Shown: positions 1-13,317, counted from the first letter of the stretch. The stretch: DNA of 64,000 nucleotides from Haliotis rubra (GCF_003918875.1 NW_025767401.1:1984001-2048000), one strand, 5' to 3'. Notes: generated by a model from the letters alone, not told the origin. Made by a program: numbers and translations.

Positions 1-66
1 TTTTTATAGTCAAATAATCAAGAAATCCAGTCATGTTTGATAGCTGTGAGTTTGATAACATGATAT

Positions 67-413
67 CGGTGGCGGTGTGTGGTCCTGTGCGTGGAGCTCG
101 GATCACAGAACAGTTAGAGTTCAGCTATGTTGGGCATGGAGAGTCCTTGGATGGGTGACCTGATGTTTGGCAGCTAGACTCCTGAGAGTTTCTAGGACTT
201 TAGTCCTGACCCACGAAGAAGCACATGTGACACATGAGGTCTCACCTTAGGCAAGGGAGTTTGCAGAAAATGGGTACATGGTGGGATGACTATTAACCTT
301 CTAGCGCCTTCAGCTTGGTTTATCCGAGGTAATAATAATCAGATTGTGGTGCTCTGAGCATGCGTCTCCGTGGTGCGGAGTTGAGCACATTACAAATGCC
401 CTGATTGTTATTA
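67..413 (+). mobile_element. Degenerate SINE with a 5S-rRNA-like segment and (TAT)n-like tail
   Basis: 118-160 AGTTCAGCTATGTTGGGCATGGAGAGTCCTTGGATGGGTGACC resembles the 5S internal promoter region (AAGCTAAGCAGGGTCGGGCCTGGTTAGTACTTGGATGGGAGACC). The element ends in ...ACAAATGCCCTGATTGTTATTAT. Boundaries approximate. Confidence 0.45.
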
Positions 414-3289
414 TATTTCTTACCAAGAAGGCATAACAAGGTTTTCAAGAGAGTTTCATACACACATAAAGATTGTTCTGAATACATCATCATTAATGCA
501 GTTAGTTATAATTGAGGCTTATTTAGTACAGACTATTGGATCTACTGGTGTTTTACAAGAGCAAACAGATGAAAATACCTCTCCCAGTATTTCACAGAAT
601 GTAAATTGTTCTAACACTCGATACAAAGATTGGTTTCTTTCCAAACTGTGCAGTGATTTCAAATGAGATCACTACTTTTTTCAAGGTACTTAATTACAAA
701 ATGCCAGCTAAATATAGGCCTTAATGTCTTCCATTAGTGTGGAATCTTTTTTTTAAATTGCGAATTACAAACATACTGGGATACTGTTCCAAGGAGTGAT
801 GTTAGTGCTTCTTTACCCCTCTGGTCAAGATTTGAGAGTTGACTACCAGTGTTGTAGCCCAGGAGTACTGATGTCAGGTGTTAGGCAACTGATAAACAGC
901 TATTTATACCAGCTAAGTGAGTGGTATTGCTAAAACTTTTTGTTGACACCTGGTGTCATCAATGATTTCCAGAGTCAGTTCTCACAATTTTCTCCCTAAT
1001 TTGCCTATAATGCCCAATGGAATATTGTTTGGCAGATAACTGAGTGTGATTATTCTCTGGTACTTAAGTTTCATATTTAGTCCTACCTGCTCCTGTAAAA
1101 TAATTGAAGTCATGACACTATGGCAGTTTACTTTGGTACACCTTTGGACCTTGAAAGTTCACTCTTCAGGAATGGAAAGTGGCACCATGAGTAAGTTCGT
1201 GTCCCAAAGGCTAATGTATAATCTTTTGGAGGGACCTTCTGGTGTTATCACTATTTGGGTTATTGAGTGTTTCAGGTTCAGGTATATCCCTCATAATCAG
1301 TGCAAACTTCCACTAACATGTTGTATCCTCCTTTGTATATGACATGCATAGCACAAGCTGACAGAAATATGATGGCATCAGTGATGAAGTGGTTCAGATA
1401 CTGACGGAACCACCGACTCTCTTCCATCATAAAACAGTAATATAGGGCTGTAACAAACTAGCCAAGGCAGTAACGTTAACCTTAAACAATCAATTCACAC
1501 ATACTGACTTAAAACAAGTATCATCCTCTGTGAAAAATGCATCTAAAACTAATAACAAATTGAAAAATAAATTACACGATAAAATGTAGTTCATCAGATA
1601 GTAGAAATGGAAAAGGCCACTGTGATAGTGTTTATTCCCCATCTGGACTCCTCAATGTGGAAAGGTTGCTGTCAGTTTAACATGATCGGGAGCAGTTGGT
1701 GAAGGAGAAACAATTTCTCTTGTCTTGAAGTGATTTCTTTTCAATTGGGTTAACATCCTGGAGTTCAGACGTGGAGGCTAACAGACAGGATGTTTTGTTC
1801 TGTGACAGGAAGTGTGAGAGATCGTGGGAAATATGGACCACATATACAGATACAATATACACTTCAAAAATCGAAACACAACAAACACCAGGCCAATATT
1901 GGGTATTATATTATGGGAGTTCACTGAAAATTTGAAATATTTTTCAAAAGACTTTCTTGTTACCGTAACAAATCACTTCCAGAAAATGTTTTCATACCAT
2001 GACAACTGAGTGATTTGAATATACAAGCTTTTCTCATTTTAAGATGGAATTAGAACATAACACATTGGAAACAGAGTTAATCTCACCATTAATCTCATTA
2101 CAATGTCTGTATCCTGTGATGGGTCACAGATTAAGTTGACTTCAGAACATTTTCACCTGAGTGTGTAAAGTTATGTTTATGGAAAAGAAAAGCAATATAA
2201 ATCTTGAAACTATTTCCATAAAAGAACACGAGTGAAGGTGTAATTGACTAGCATGCATGCTACATGAATGTTACTGCTGTATATCAACACCAGCCTGTGT
2301 GTAATACCTGCCATGTGTAAGTGGTTGACATACAACATAATTGTGTCGCATAGCAAACACTAACACTCATTGTTTATTTGAAGAATGGAAACCTATCTCA
2401 ATGTTTGGACTGAGAACACTTGCATGTTCTCAGTGCATTGCAACTTGAGCTGTCATACAGCAAAGACCACTTACTCTTAAATTACCTCTTGTTGAAACTC
2501 CCAATGGAGGGTGTTGTCATTTCCAAGACATCCCTTTATGAAGTGTGTAGGGTTGGGTTTATAATTATCACTTTGCTAACAGTATTACAACACAGATAAT
2601 ATTTACTAATGGTCCTTGTTTCTCTATGTAGCATAAGGCTTGTATTGACATGGTAAGACTGGCGTGGTGCGATAAAGTATTTGCAGATGCATAAATAAAT
2701 GATAAGCTAGCTGAGATGAATTAGTGGTCTGAGGCAGGGAGGAGTTTCCAAACTGAGAGCCTTTGATTCAGAACCCGATGGCTTATTCTGGAGAGGAAAG
2801 ACTTAATCATGCTGTGAGATCACTCGTGAAGAGATGAAGGAGGGGGCTGGCATCTACTTAAGATCATTTAACTGTTCTGTGTCAGCTTCAGTTAACTATT
2901 GTGTTAACAGGTTACACTACTTGCATCATCAGGTATCTTCAGTCAGCATCCAAGTAACCCAGATAATGTGTCTGGATTATGTATCTGTAAATCTGATTTA
3001 TAGAGCAACCTGTGCAAGACTAAAGGCAGTCATGATATATTTTCACTTTCACTGCCTAATAAGCCATACATCATTTTTGTTTAGATAAATTATTTTTCTC
3101 TCTTCCTGGTCTGTAATCTTGAGGACACGTTTGAAATGGTTTGCCCCTAAAAATAGAATTGATAAGAATAGCCTCTGAGTGAATTTCCTAGGCTCTGATC
3201 CTCACTTGAGGTTGATATACAGGTCTTAGGGACAAGTGTGGTACTTCTTGGAAGACTGGAATTTTTCAAATCCACAGTTACTAGTATTT

Positions 3290-3533
3290 GTTTATGTTTT
3301 ATTTGCTGTTTAATGCTGCCCTCAGCAATATCCAAGCTATATAGTGACAGCCTGTCAATAGTAAAGTCTGGACCAGACAATCCAGTGATCAATAACATGA
3401 GCATCGATCTACGGAATTGGGATAGAATGACATGTGTCAACCAAGACAGCGAGTGTGACCACTCGATCCTATTAGTTGCCTCTTATAAGAATGGGTTGCT
3501 GAAGACCAATTCTAACTTGGATCTTCATGGGTC
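3290..3533 (-). mobile_element. ~250-bp SINE-like repeat, family H (degenerate copy)
   Basis: Matches the many other copies in the window (GTCTGGACCAGACAATCCAGTGATCAA...GATCTTCAYGGGTC). Confidence 0.85.
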
Positions 3534-3779
3534 AGTGCTTATGTAACTAAATGGGAAAGTTGGTACTTGAGTATCTCAGACAAACATTTCAGCAGTGATT
3601 TTGAACTATATCGCCCCTCATTTCATTGCAATATTGACCAACTGATTTACTTCCATGACATTTCGTTACATATCGATCAGACTGACCACCACTGAGAACC
3701 TGTTTACTTGGTGTCATATATATTTTGAATATACATCCAAATACACTGTAATTACTGATTTTTATTTTGTGTTTTTCAG

Positions 3780-4575
3780 GTACGTGATGACCAATATCTT
3801 CCTAACATGCACCTGCTGGATCACGGTTGCTGTGACGATTGAGCGCTTCATATCACTTCGATTCATTGCCTTTCCACACCTTGCCTGTACAATATCTCGG
3901 GCAAAGATTGCCATTGCTGGTATTTTTGTGGTTTCTGTGCTCTTCCACATCACAAAGTTCTTTGAGTATGTCCCCAACCCTGACCACCACAAAGGACCAA
4001 CACTGCTCCTGACTGAACTATCCAAGAGCAAGTCCTATGACAGATACGTGCACATCAGCAACATCACACTGACTGCCATCATCCCTGAGTTTCTCCTCGT
4101 GATCGTCAACAGCTTCCTCATCTACTTCCTGATGACCCATCACCGCCGTATGAAGCGTCACCGCACTGGTGTCCACTCCAGTGTTGACATGACCCACATC
4201 ACTATCATTGTCATCACGATGGTCCTCGTCTTCATCGTGTGTCACTCCTTCGGTCTGTTCCTTGCACTGGCCATTGCTGTCCATGGTCGCAGGCATGTGT
4301 TCATGAACCCTCTGTATCGAAGCTTTAAGCACATAAACACCCTTCTTGTCACAACCAATTCAAGCGTCAATTTTCTACTCTATTCAACAATCAGCAAAAA
4401 ATTCCGTACTACCTTTCTGGCTATTTTTTTAGGAAAGCTCCACGACAAGAACCTGTCGTGGAGCATGCAGAATTCCAACTCGAATTTCTCAAGTAAAACT
4501 AATGCCACTGCTTATATCTCTCAAATATCCACCGACAGCTCAAACGGTAAAGTTGGTGAACACTCTGAGGTGTAG
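3780..4575 (+). CDS. Last coding exon (TM3-TM7 and C-tail) of a rhodopsin-class peptide GPCR, FMRFamide/sex-peptide receptor-like; upstream exon(s) not seen in window
   Basis: Polypyrimidine tract and AG acceptor at 3778-3779. The protein shows WITVAVTIERF (TM3, DRY equivalent), TISRAKIAI before TM4, KFFEY, IIP in TM5, VFIVCH in TM6, NSSVNFLLY in TM7 and SKKFR helix 8. Stop at 4575. Confidence 0.9.
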
Positions 4576-7173
4576 ATGACTGGACCTCAGTTCCACAAAG
4601 AGATTGCAGTGCTAAGGTGATCATAACCGTTAAACTGTAACATAGACCAAGACAGGCATAGTGCTAAGATGGCTCAGTGGAATGAGGCTCTGAGGCATAA
4701 ACACTAGAGATCCCATATGTAAAGCCTGTATTTTCTAGGTGGAAATGTTCTGATCACTGAAGACCGATTGTCTCAGGCCTCTTTAGTGTAAACACACCAG
4801 AAATCAGACCTGAAGTGTTAATGAACTTTAAGGTGTAAAAGCCCTGAACCTTTCAGAAGCAAATGCCATCAATCAATCCCAAACACCATCAATATATACT
4901 ACTCAACATTTCCAAGGACCAAAATAATCATCTTTGGTCAAAGGTGTGGTCCCTGGCAAACACTGAGTAGTATTGTGACTAATGGTAAGGTTGTAGAAGT
5001 CACACCGATATTGACCTTCCATGTTCTCTATCAGGTCAACAAGGGCATGAGGTAGTACAGTTCCAAACCAGGAATAATATGTGGAATGTATGTCATTTCT
5101 TTTGTGGTGTCCTGGGTCAGTGTTGAGCTTGTTGTTTGATAGACCTGAAGCTTGTAGTGAGGATGTAAATACAGCGAGAAAGGATGTGAAGAGTTGTAGA
5201 GTGTGTAGGTTCAGAAGTCGAGTAGATACCATTATCATATAGCATAACAAGCAGCACATCTATATCATTACATCATTTCATATCTCACTCTTTGCATGAT
5301 AAGTGAAAAAGACTTGATTGGTCTGTGACTAGTTGCCCTATGATACAACATACAAGTCTTCTGCTCAAGGCAACAATGATAGGGCAATGGAAAGACGAAA
5401 CCAGTGCATTCTGACCAATCCTCAAACTAGATGTTCCAGGGAAAAGGAACATTAGCCATGCTGACAAGGCAACAATCACTGATTTCTTGGGATTTCTGGA
5501 GATGGGCCCCTGTGAAACTGTTACATTGAATATGTAATACTCCTGTGAGTAACTCACAAATATCGACATGAATGTGTGGAGCCCGGACTCCAAAACTTGT
5601 ATTATCACAACATCCTTGTGAGAGTAAAGGCTGAATGACTGACCGGTGACACTTTAACACATCATACTGGACTCAGCCACTGACCTTTGGTCTTGATATT
5701 AACCTCTTTATTCTGTCCTATGTCTTCATATAACCTGAATGTTTGTACCCATATTTATCTACATGTAGTCATGCTAGTATTGGTTTGTGAATGTTAAATG
5801 CTGCGATATATTGCAATATTGCTGATGCAGCACAATGTGTTACACTGTTTGTGACTATAACATGTTTTCAACTGTCCCTGATAGATATTGAAATCACACA
5901 TGGGAGTTACGTATATAGCACTACCTATATACTATTTTAGACGATAGCCTTTCTCGCCTCATTCTATAATGTTTATATACATCTACATTTTAAAAAGAAA
6001 TACCTTTACACAGACTTCTGTTGGAAACTAACAGAGCAAATGAAATTCAGTTACAATGCCATCAACCCTCTAAGCTTAAATTAGGTCTGTCAGCCTGATC
6101 AACTAGGAAATCAGCATTCTGTTTTCCTTAAGAACCCATTACAGTAATGTCCCCCAGATGTATTGAAGCCAAGTAGTGCTGAGTGATAGATTCCAGTGGA
6201 AAGTGACAAGTGTGGTAGGTTGATGCTGCTGCTGCACACAATGGACCTGGGTCATGGTGACATGTCGTGTTGACAGAGGCAATGATGCTTGCCAAGGAAT
6301 CCCAAACACTTGTTGATTTCTTTCCCCATGAAATACATCTTGGAGAAACAACAAAGCATTGAAACCTAATCCTTCTCTGTGGGAAAAACATAAGAGCAGG
6401 CAAGCCAAATCTGTACATACATGAACGAGAGTTTCACTTTTTCTTGCATCTCTAAGTGCTATTTCCCCCTGCCTATAGCAGAGACATGACTGAAAGATTT
6501 TAAACATAAAGGGACTTCTATATTTTGCTGACAAAGAACTAAATTGTCAATGAAAGCAGCATTTCATATCCTGCTACATCTTCTTCAGTGTCTTCCTTCT
6601 AAAGTGTCTTGATCATGTATCCATCCATTGTTTCCCAAAATCTGATACTTTGACCAATCCAATGGTTCACACAGAGGGAATGCTTGAATGTTTACATACA
6701 GTCTTCAACTTTTACCAAAATCCAAAGCCGAATTCTAGCAGAATTATTATGATCTAGTAAGCTAATAATTGCCAATAGTATTGTGCTAAAATCCTGTGGA
6801 ATTATGCCAAAATGTTGTGTTCTGACAAATTATACTCCAAAGTTTGGCACAGACTGTAAATACATATGCCACTATGTGAGTCCACAACATTAAAGTGTGT
6901 TTATGTTTAATGTTGTCAGTTAAAGATGATACTGTATAAGAATTTTATTCATAGGCCAGGACTTGAAAACCTGTGAATGTGTTTATCCACAGACTGAGTT
7001 GACAAAGCCTGCTTCCTGTACCTTGTCTGGTGCCTTGCTGGTTGGATAGTGCCTATTGTATCTTTTAGCCTGAGCAACCTGTTTCCTGTATGCTATGCAA
7101 CTGGTTGGCGTAATCATTTATCACTGTACATTGTTCTTGCAGTAAATAATCTGTAGTTGATCCTATTCATAGC

Positions 7174-7179
7174 AATAAA
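7174..7179 (+). terminator. Candidate polyadenylation signal for the GPCR (would imply a ~2.6 kb 3' UTR)
   Basis: AATAAA at the end of a stretch with no recognisable repeats downstream of the GPCR stop. Inference only. Confidence 0.3.
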
Positions 7180-7490
7180 ATATTTTACATCAAATTCCTG
7201 TCTCCTTCCTTCATAGTTAGTATACACAGGGTTCCATATACATCCTTCAGCTATTGAGTGATGACTCACAAGTCATAATTTACATAGGGTATTGTTGGTT
7301 TTCTATAGGTATTCAATATATTTTACTCCTTGGGTCTTGTCCTTTGGGTATTTTAAACCAGTGAGTCAACCTGTTTTAAAATAATTCTGAGTAATAAACT
7401 TACGGGCAAGAGAAACGATACCAAGTTGAAATCACTGATATTACAAAATGACACACCACCACTGTGAAAAAGGAAAGTGAATTTCAATAA

Positions 7491-7622
7491 CAGGGCCCGT
7501 TTCACAAAGCTCTCGTAACGCTACGACTATCATAAGTCAATGTTACAGTATAGGAGGTATGAATACTACGAGAAAAGTTACGAGATCTTAGGCTTACGAG
7601 AGCTTTGTGAAACGGGGCCCTG
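7491..7622. mobile_element. Palindromic MITE, PIF/Harbinger-like
   Basis: Terminal inverted repeats CAGGGCCCGTTTCACAAAGCTCTCGTAA / TTACGAGAGCTTTGTGAAACGGGGCCCTG. Confidence 0.85.
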
Positions 7623-7998
7623 GTGTATAGGCAACATGCACATGGATCTTGCCCATACACCTGCTATTAAAATTCACTTTCCTGTTTCACAATGGTGGTT
7701 TGTCGTTTTGGAATAATAGTGAAAGTGTGTCACATCAGCTCAAAAGGATCACAGCAATGAAGTTAGTGAGACATGTCTTGAGTGCATTATTGACAGTAAA
7801 CACAGATCAGCATCATGCCATCCAGAATGACCTGAAGCTAGATGTTTTGTAGTCAACAGTTTATAGCATGTACTTGGATCTCAGCAGGTGATAAGTGAGA
7901 CATCTCTAAGATCTATTCTTCCAACTGCCTCTACATGACAGTATCATATTTTAATGCTGTGCCTATTTACAAAATGTAATTGTTCAGTGTTGCAATAA

Positions 7999-8251
7999 GG
8001 CCAGACCAATTTTATTTCTCGCTTTATGGATCCCCCAGTCGTATTTTTTCAAGAATAAGAAAAAATTTAAAATTGTTGGGGATTGTTCTTTGCCCCATAT
8101 ACACTTCATAAATTGCCAGAAGCAAAATACTTTTAATATTTAGAAGGAATATTACTTTAACTGGTGATTTTATTTTTATTTTTTTCCCCTCCTACCTTTA
8201 GGTATTCTGAGGACAAAAATCTGTTAGACAAGAAATAAAATTGGTCTGGCC
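7999..8251. mobile_element. MITE, PIF/Harbinger-like
   Basis: TIR GGCCAGACCAATTTTATTTCT / AGAAATAAAATTGGTCTGGCC, flanked by TAA on both sides (3-bp TSD). Confidence 0.85.
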
Positions 8252-9409
8252 TAACCAAGGTTTATAACTTCTGTGGGTAGCTTTGACTTACCTTGCTACA
8301 AAATACTAAATCTGATTGCATAACACTAGAAGAACGAACCTAAGCTAACTGATTGTGTAAGTTAATGCAAACTGGCTGATGCACAAATATCTTGCCACAC
8401 TGAACAAAGAGAATTTCACACAAAAACAACAAAACAAGTGTGATGGTTGATTTCAAGGTGGGCATTTTGTGACGCATTGTAGTTTTCATATCTTCAATCT
8501 ACCGTTCACAAATGCGAGGCTGTTCAACATTAAAACCATCCTTGACACTTATATTGCTGAAATGTAGCAATGCAAGCCAAATTGTGTTAGAGCACTAGCT
8601 TTGATGAGCATCTCTTAACACTGGCACCCTGTGGAGACTGGAAACAAGATACTGGCTCATGGCCAAACCACTGCCCAGTTTTGTCATCTGATTGCATATT
8701 TCCCTAGGTTTGATGGGAACTAACTAAATTAGAAATACCTCTCTCAATACAACATGCATCATTAGAACATCTTATTCTCCCCCCTCCCCCCCTTCCTTTA
8801 TAGTTGCTTTCACAGAAATGTTGCTGTTTACCACCATGCGGTTCTTCTCTCATGTCATTCTTTTCAACTTTAAAGGCTTATTTGAGTTTGTGAGATTGAA
8901 ATTACTGGCCATCACTGAGTTTGCTTAATTGAATCAGGATATGTCATTAACAAGGGATGTTACAAGACAATTGGGTTCCTATGAGAAGTACATGGCTGCT
9001 TTGTGACAGATATCAATATTCCATGATATATTTCCCTGTCTTGCATCAATTTCACATGGCATGTGCACATGATATCAGAACTCAGATTCAAAGATTACAT
9101 AACTCAAATATTCAAAGATATCTGTTTCATTTCTAACTTTTTATTTTAAATTATTCAGAGTGGTTTTATGTCGTCATCAGCCATATCATTAAAGGGGACC
9201 CCAAGGGTCTTCACACACTGTACCTATGTTAGGATCCAACTGGGGGCCTCAACGAGATAAGGATACATCATTACCACTTTGAAAAAATACTTCTTAAAGG
9301 ATAAAACACACTCCTAGTAGCTCCTATGGCAACAGTTCTATAAGTGCATGAGTAAAAGCATGAGTAGACTTGAACTGTAGTGGCTCAGGCACTGTATGAT
9401 CACTGAGCA

Positions 9410-10462
9410 CCAGAAAAGTCCTCGGTCAAAAAGTCCTTGGTAAATAAGTACCGGTAAAAATGTCCTTGGTAAAATAGTCCATTTGTAGGAAAAAACTAAT
9501 TTAGTTATTTGTTTGACAAGATTGACAGTCTAAGTAAACTTAGGCTCAGGATAGCAGTGTAACGAATAATACTGAGCCTAAGTTTACTTAGACTGACAAG
9601 ATTGACATCAAATATTTAAAATTCTAAGATGCCTATCGGTTAGAACAATCGAAAAAAAATACATTATCAGACAATAAAGGTATAGTTTTTTTGATGACAT
9701 AACAATTGAATGACGTTATCCCATCACTGCGCCATTCTAGTGTGCCCCCTCGTAATCGAACCATTTTACATTACGTCACAATGTAAGCAACGTCACGATG
9801 CATGTCAGTTGTCATCGCCTCGTACAGTCTCCTACAGTAAACTACTGCGTTGCATCCTGTTTCTTGGTTTGCAGTTGCTTCACTCACCTAACATCACTGG
9901 TGGAAACATTACGTTTATGTTTTCTGACGTTTAAAATGTCTCAATTCGACTCACAAGTTTTCAGCGACACGGTAACGTTCGCAATGTTTACATTCCCACA
10001 ATGCAATCGTGGAATGTCGCTTGGCTATTCAGCTAGTCCTCGTGCTTTAACTATAATAGTTCAGGGCGAAAGTTTGTTTTATTATACTATACATGGTGGT
10101 AGAGCGAACTGTATTTCTAAAATAACCATTAAGAAATCACATATGATGACAGATAAAATTTTTGAATTGATGTTTGATCTTTTAAACGACATGCATCTAA
10201 AAAAATTATTATGTGATGCATTATGTAACTTATAACTTATAATGTTAACTGTAGTCATTACATATGATTTGTATATAAATATGATCACGTCATAAGACCT
10301 ATAACTTGGTTGTATGTGTGACAATGAAAAACTAAAAACTAAAAACAAACATTGTTTTTCTATACATTTCTTGTTAGAAAATGAAAAGGGGACTTTTAAT
10401 CTGGAGGAAAATGGGGACTTTTTTACTGGTACTTTATTACCGAGGATTTTTTTACAGACCCC
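9410..10462. mobile_element. Non-autonomous DNA transposon with inverted subterminal repeat arrays
   Basis: Left end has repeated AAAAGTCC/AAGTACC motifs; right end has the reverse complement GGGACTTTT/GGTACTTT motifs. Interior is CpG-richer than the flanks. Confidence 0.6.
9526..9595. mobile_element. 70-bp minimal Mutator-like MITE nested in another element
   Basis: 24-bp TIR CAGTCTAAGTAAACTTAGGCTCAG and perfect 10-bp TSD ACAAGATTGA (9516-9525, 9596-9605). Same ends as the element at 24352-24982. Confidence 0.85.
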
Positions 10463-11015
10463 CCCCACAATTTGCCAAACATCAATGACAGCCATCAGTA
10501 CCAACAGCAGCCACGCTGACCAGTAACTGTTGTCATCAATTAAACACTCAGCGTCTCATTAGTATGCTGTGTAGTCAGGAAGTGATAAGTTTTGTGACCT
10601 ATCTTGCACTGAGTGATACTAGGTCTTTAACATGGGAATGGCAGGGGTGCACTAATCACTGACATCACACTCAAACATAGATCAAACACGTACAATACCA
10701 AACATGCACATATGAAAGTTAGTCTGTCGTACAGACCCTGAAGGAAATATATCCAAGAAAGCCCACACAAGTCTAGAAAATTTGGCAAGTCTAGATTTCC
10801 TCAGCTTCAGGAATGAAGAAAGTCTCAGGGCTCCTTTTCATTATATTTTATATTCTTTTACTATGAATTTTTCTCAGTAAAATATGTTCATTTCAGAGAC
10901 TAGTTGTTAGTCTAATATGAAAGTCACAAGGATATGGTGCTTTGTGGAATGAGACATCTTCAATATGACTTGTTTGCACTTCCAGTTATGTTAGTTTCCC
11001 TACACCAAACATGGG

Positions 11016-11222
11016 GAATGAGGACTATTTTTATGGATATACAACTTCTTTATTCTATAGGCGACGTTTCGACATAGATTCTAATGTTGTTGTCAAGCAA
11101 GTGGTGACATTAGACATTAGAATCTATGTCGAAACGTCGCCTATATAGAAAAAGAAGTTGTATATCCATAAAAATAGTCCTCATTCTTCATCTCTCCATT
11201 TTCTAGAATGCCAATCAAAGAA
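11016..11222. mobile_element. Penelope-like element remnant (inverted pseudo-LTR foldback)
   Basis: ~70-bp arms form a near-perfect palindrome containing GACGTTTCG/CGAAACGTC, flanked by the 12-bp direct repeat ACCAAACATGGG (11004-11015, 11223-11234). Confidence 0.65.
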
Positions 11223-11425
11223 ACCAAACATGGGATTGTGGGCCTGCTATACCTCACATGAACACACTGGGACATTGATAACACACTGGAGCTGATCCAT
11301 CAACCATCACTAAAATAGCAAGTAAAATCATATCTATATATCAAAATCAGTGAACAAAATTTGTAAATTCAGGTTCATAAGCCACTCATGATGTGTTGCT
11401 TGTGAAGGTACGTTGCTGGTCCTAC

Positions 11426-11587
11426 CTTCAGATTGGCCTCCGAGACCTTGGTTGCCTTCAGCTCTGCCCGAGTAGTGTCCAGCTCATACTTGAGTTTAGT
11501 GGCTGCCTCCTTCAAGTTGGTGATGTGGGTAGTAGCTGACCCCAGGCCGTGCTCACTGTCATTCACCAGCCCCTCTAGTCTCTTCAC
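11426..11587 (-). CDS. FAM184A: FAM184A/B-like coiled-coil protein, coding exon 7 (gene continues beyond left edge)
   Basis: AG/GT bounded, 162 nt, phase 0/0: VKRLEGLVNDSEHGLGSATTHITNLKEAATKLKYELDTTRAELKATKVSEANLK. Confidence 0.85.
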
Positions 11588-13317
11588 CTGCACAAAACAA
11601 CATGCATCATCATCTCACAACCAGTTGACACACTCTTAACACAGGTCAGTTTCTCATAGGTCTATCATACAGCAAGTGACTTAGAGTATGAACGGCTTTA
11701 CACTGCATTATTAGAATACTACAGTGATATGGCAATGGTCAGCTGAAACGTTCACATTGTACTCAAGAGGACGGGGGAAATTGAACCTGGATCTTTAGTA
11801 CAATGAAGAAATGTTTTAACCACTAGGTTATGGTCATGAGAACAAATCACTGTTGATTTGCCTTTTGATGTTTACACTGCACTGAGGTTTATTCCAGTTA
11901 AAGGACACGAGCCTGTAAATAATTGTGTCTCGACCAGACAATCCAATGATTGGAATTATGAGAAATGAACCACAGCTTCTGGGTATACAATCAGCTAAGT
12001 CACCAAATCAGACCACATGATTCATAAAGTCATCTTAAATGACAATTAGAGCTTACAGGGGACTAATTACAGGCAGGAATTCCTGTGGGTTCAAGTCTCT
12101 GAGAGTGTGAAAGAGGTTAATATATGAATACACAATGCCTTATCACAGTTCAGTGCCTCTGTGAAGCCAAGGAGCAAGGTATGACTGGCAAACAAAGTAT
12201 CATGACTGGGATGACACAGGGAACTCATAATCAAATAAGGTACACAACTCTCCACATCACATTGTACTGTATTTAACCATCATGATTTACAATAATTAAT
12301 ATTGAATGTTGATGATATTTTTCTTAACATTCACACAAAACAAATGTGGATTTCTGATGATCACTTAATGATTTTGTAATGTGCTGAGATAAAGTCATGA
12401 CAAAGGTTTTTGAAAAAATGATAGAGTTATGAGACAGAAATGATAGCTTGCATAACAATACTAGAGACAGAAGACTGCACAGACTGTCAGTCAACTGTGT
12501 AAACAAACTGATGCAGCAAGTTCTGCACTAATATAACTGACACACAGAAACCTGTGATACTGCCCGAATAAGAAATCTTTGGAGGAAGTGAACAGCAAAC
12601 TCATTTTCCCTTTTGATCTCACAACGTTTCACTACCAAAATTTGATAAGGAATTAAAGTGTTCAGCCAGGTTCAGCCTTGATGTAAACATGGGCTATTTT
12701 CAGACTGGGGCCCCTTGAATCTATTTACAGACGCAATAAATTCAGAGATATCTTCTCAATAGATGCTAGATGGTCTGATTAAACCGCTAAAACAGATTTC
12801 AAACATCTGCACGGTGATTCCGTGACCATTAACAGGAATCATTATAGAATGCACATCTTTGAAGCAGGGCAATGGCCACATTACAAGGATTGCTGCCATT
12901 TACAATTACAATCAAACAAGCATCAAGAACCTAAATTCAACTAACTACCAGCAAAGCTTCCTCTCTTTCACTTTTTCCTACCTGGTATTAAGAATATTTC
13001 CTTGATTGTTTTAGTGCTGATATTCCTGCCACTGATGATCTACCATGCCACAACCAATTTAGCTTATTTCTTTCAGGGATATGGGATCAAGTCTTTGCAT
13101 GTCACGCTGAAGACCTGGTTCAATTCCTCACATGGGCACAAAATGTGAAGCCCATTTCTGTGTTACCTGCTGTGATATTGATGGAATATTGCTAAAATCA
13201 GCATAAATCCATACTCACTCATGTGTTTAAAAGCAACAAAGGTTTCAGTTATCCTCCTTGATCTTTCAGCATTTGTACTTGTAAGAAAGTCGGCTCCAAT
13301 TTACTTCATGTATTAAA

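Noticed and set aside
110-165. 5S rRNA gene
   Set aside because: Only a short diverged internal segment matches, embedded in SINE-like sequence.
3655-3779. N-terminal part of the 306-aa ORF as the GPCR start
   Set aside because: Intronic read-through: a clear acceptor at 3778-3779 and no TM1-TM2.
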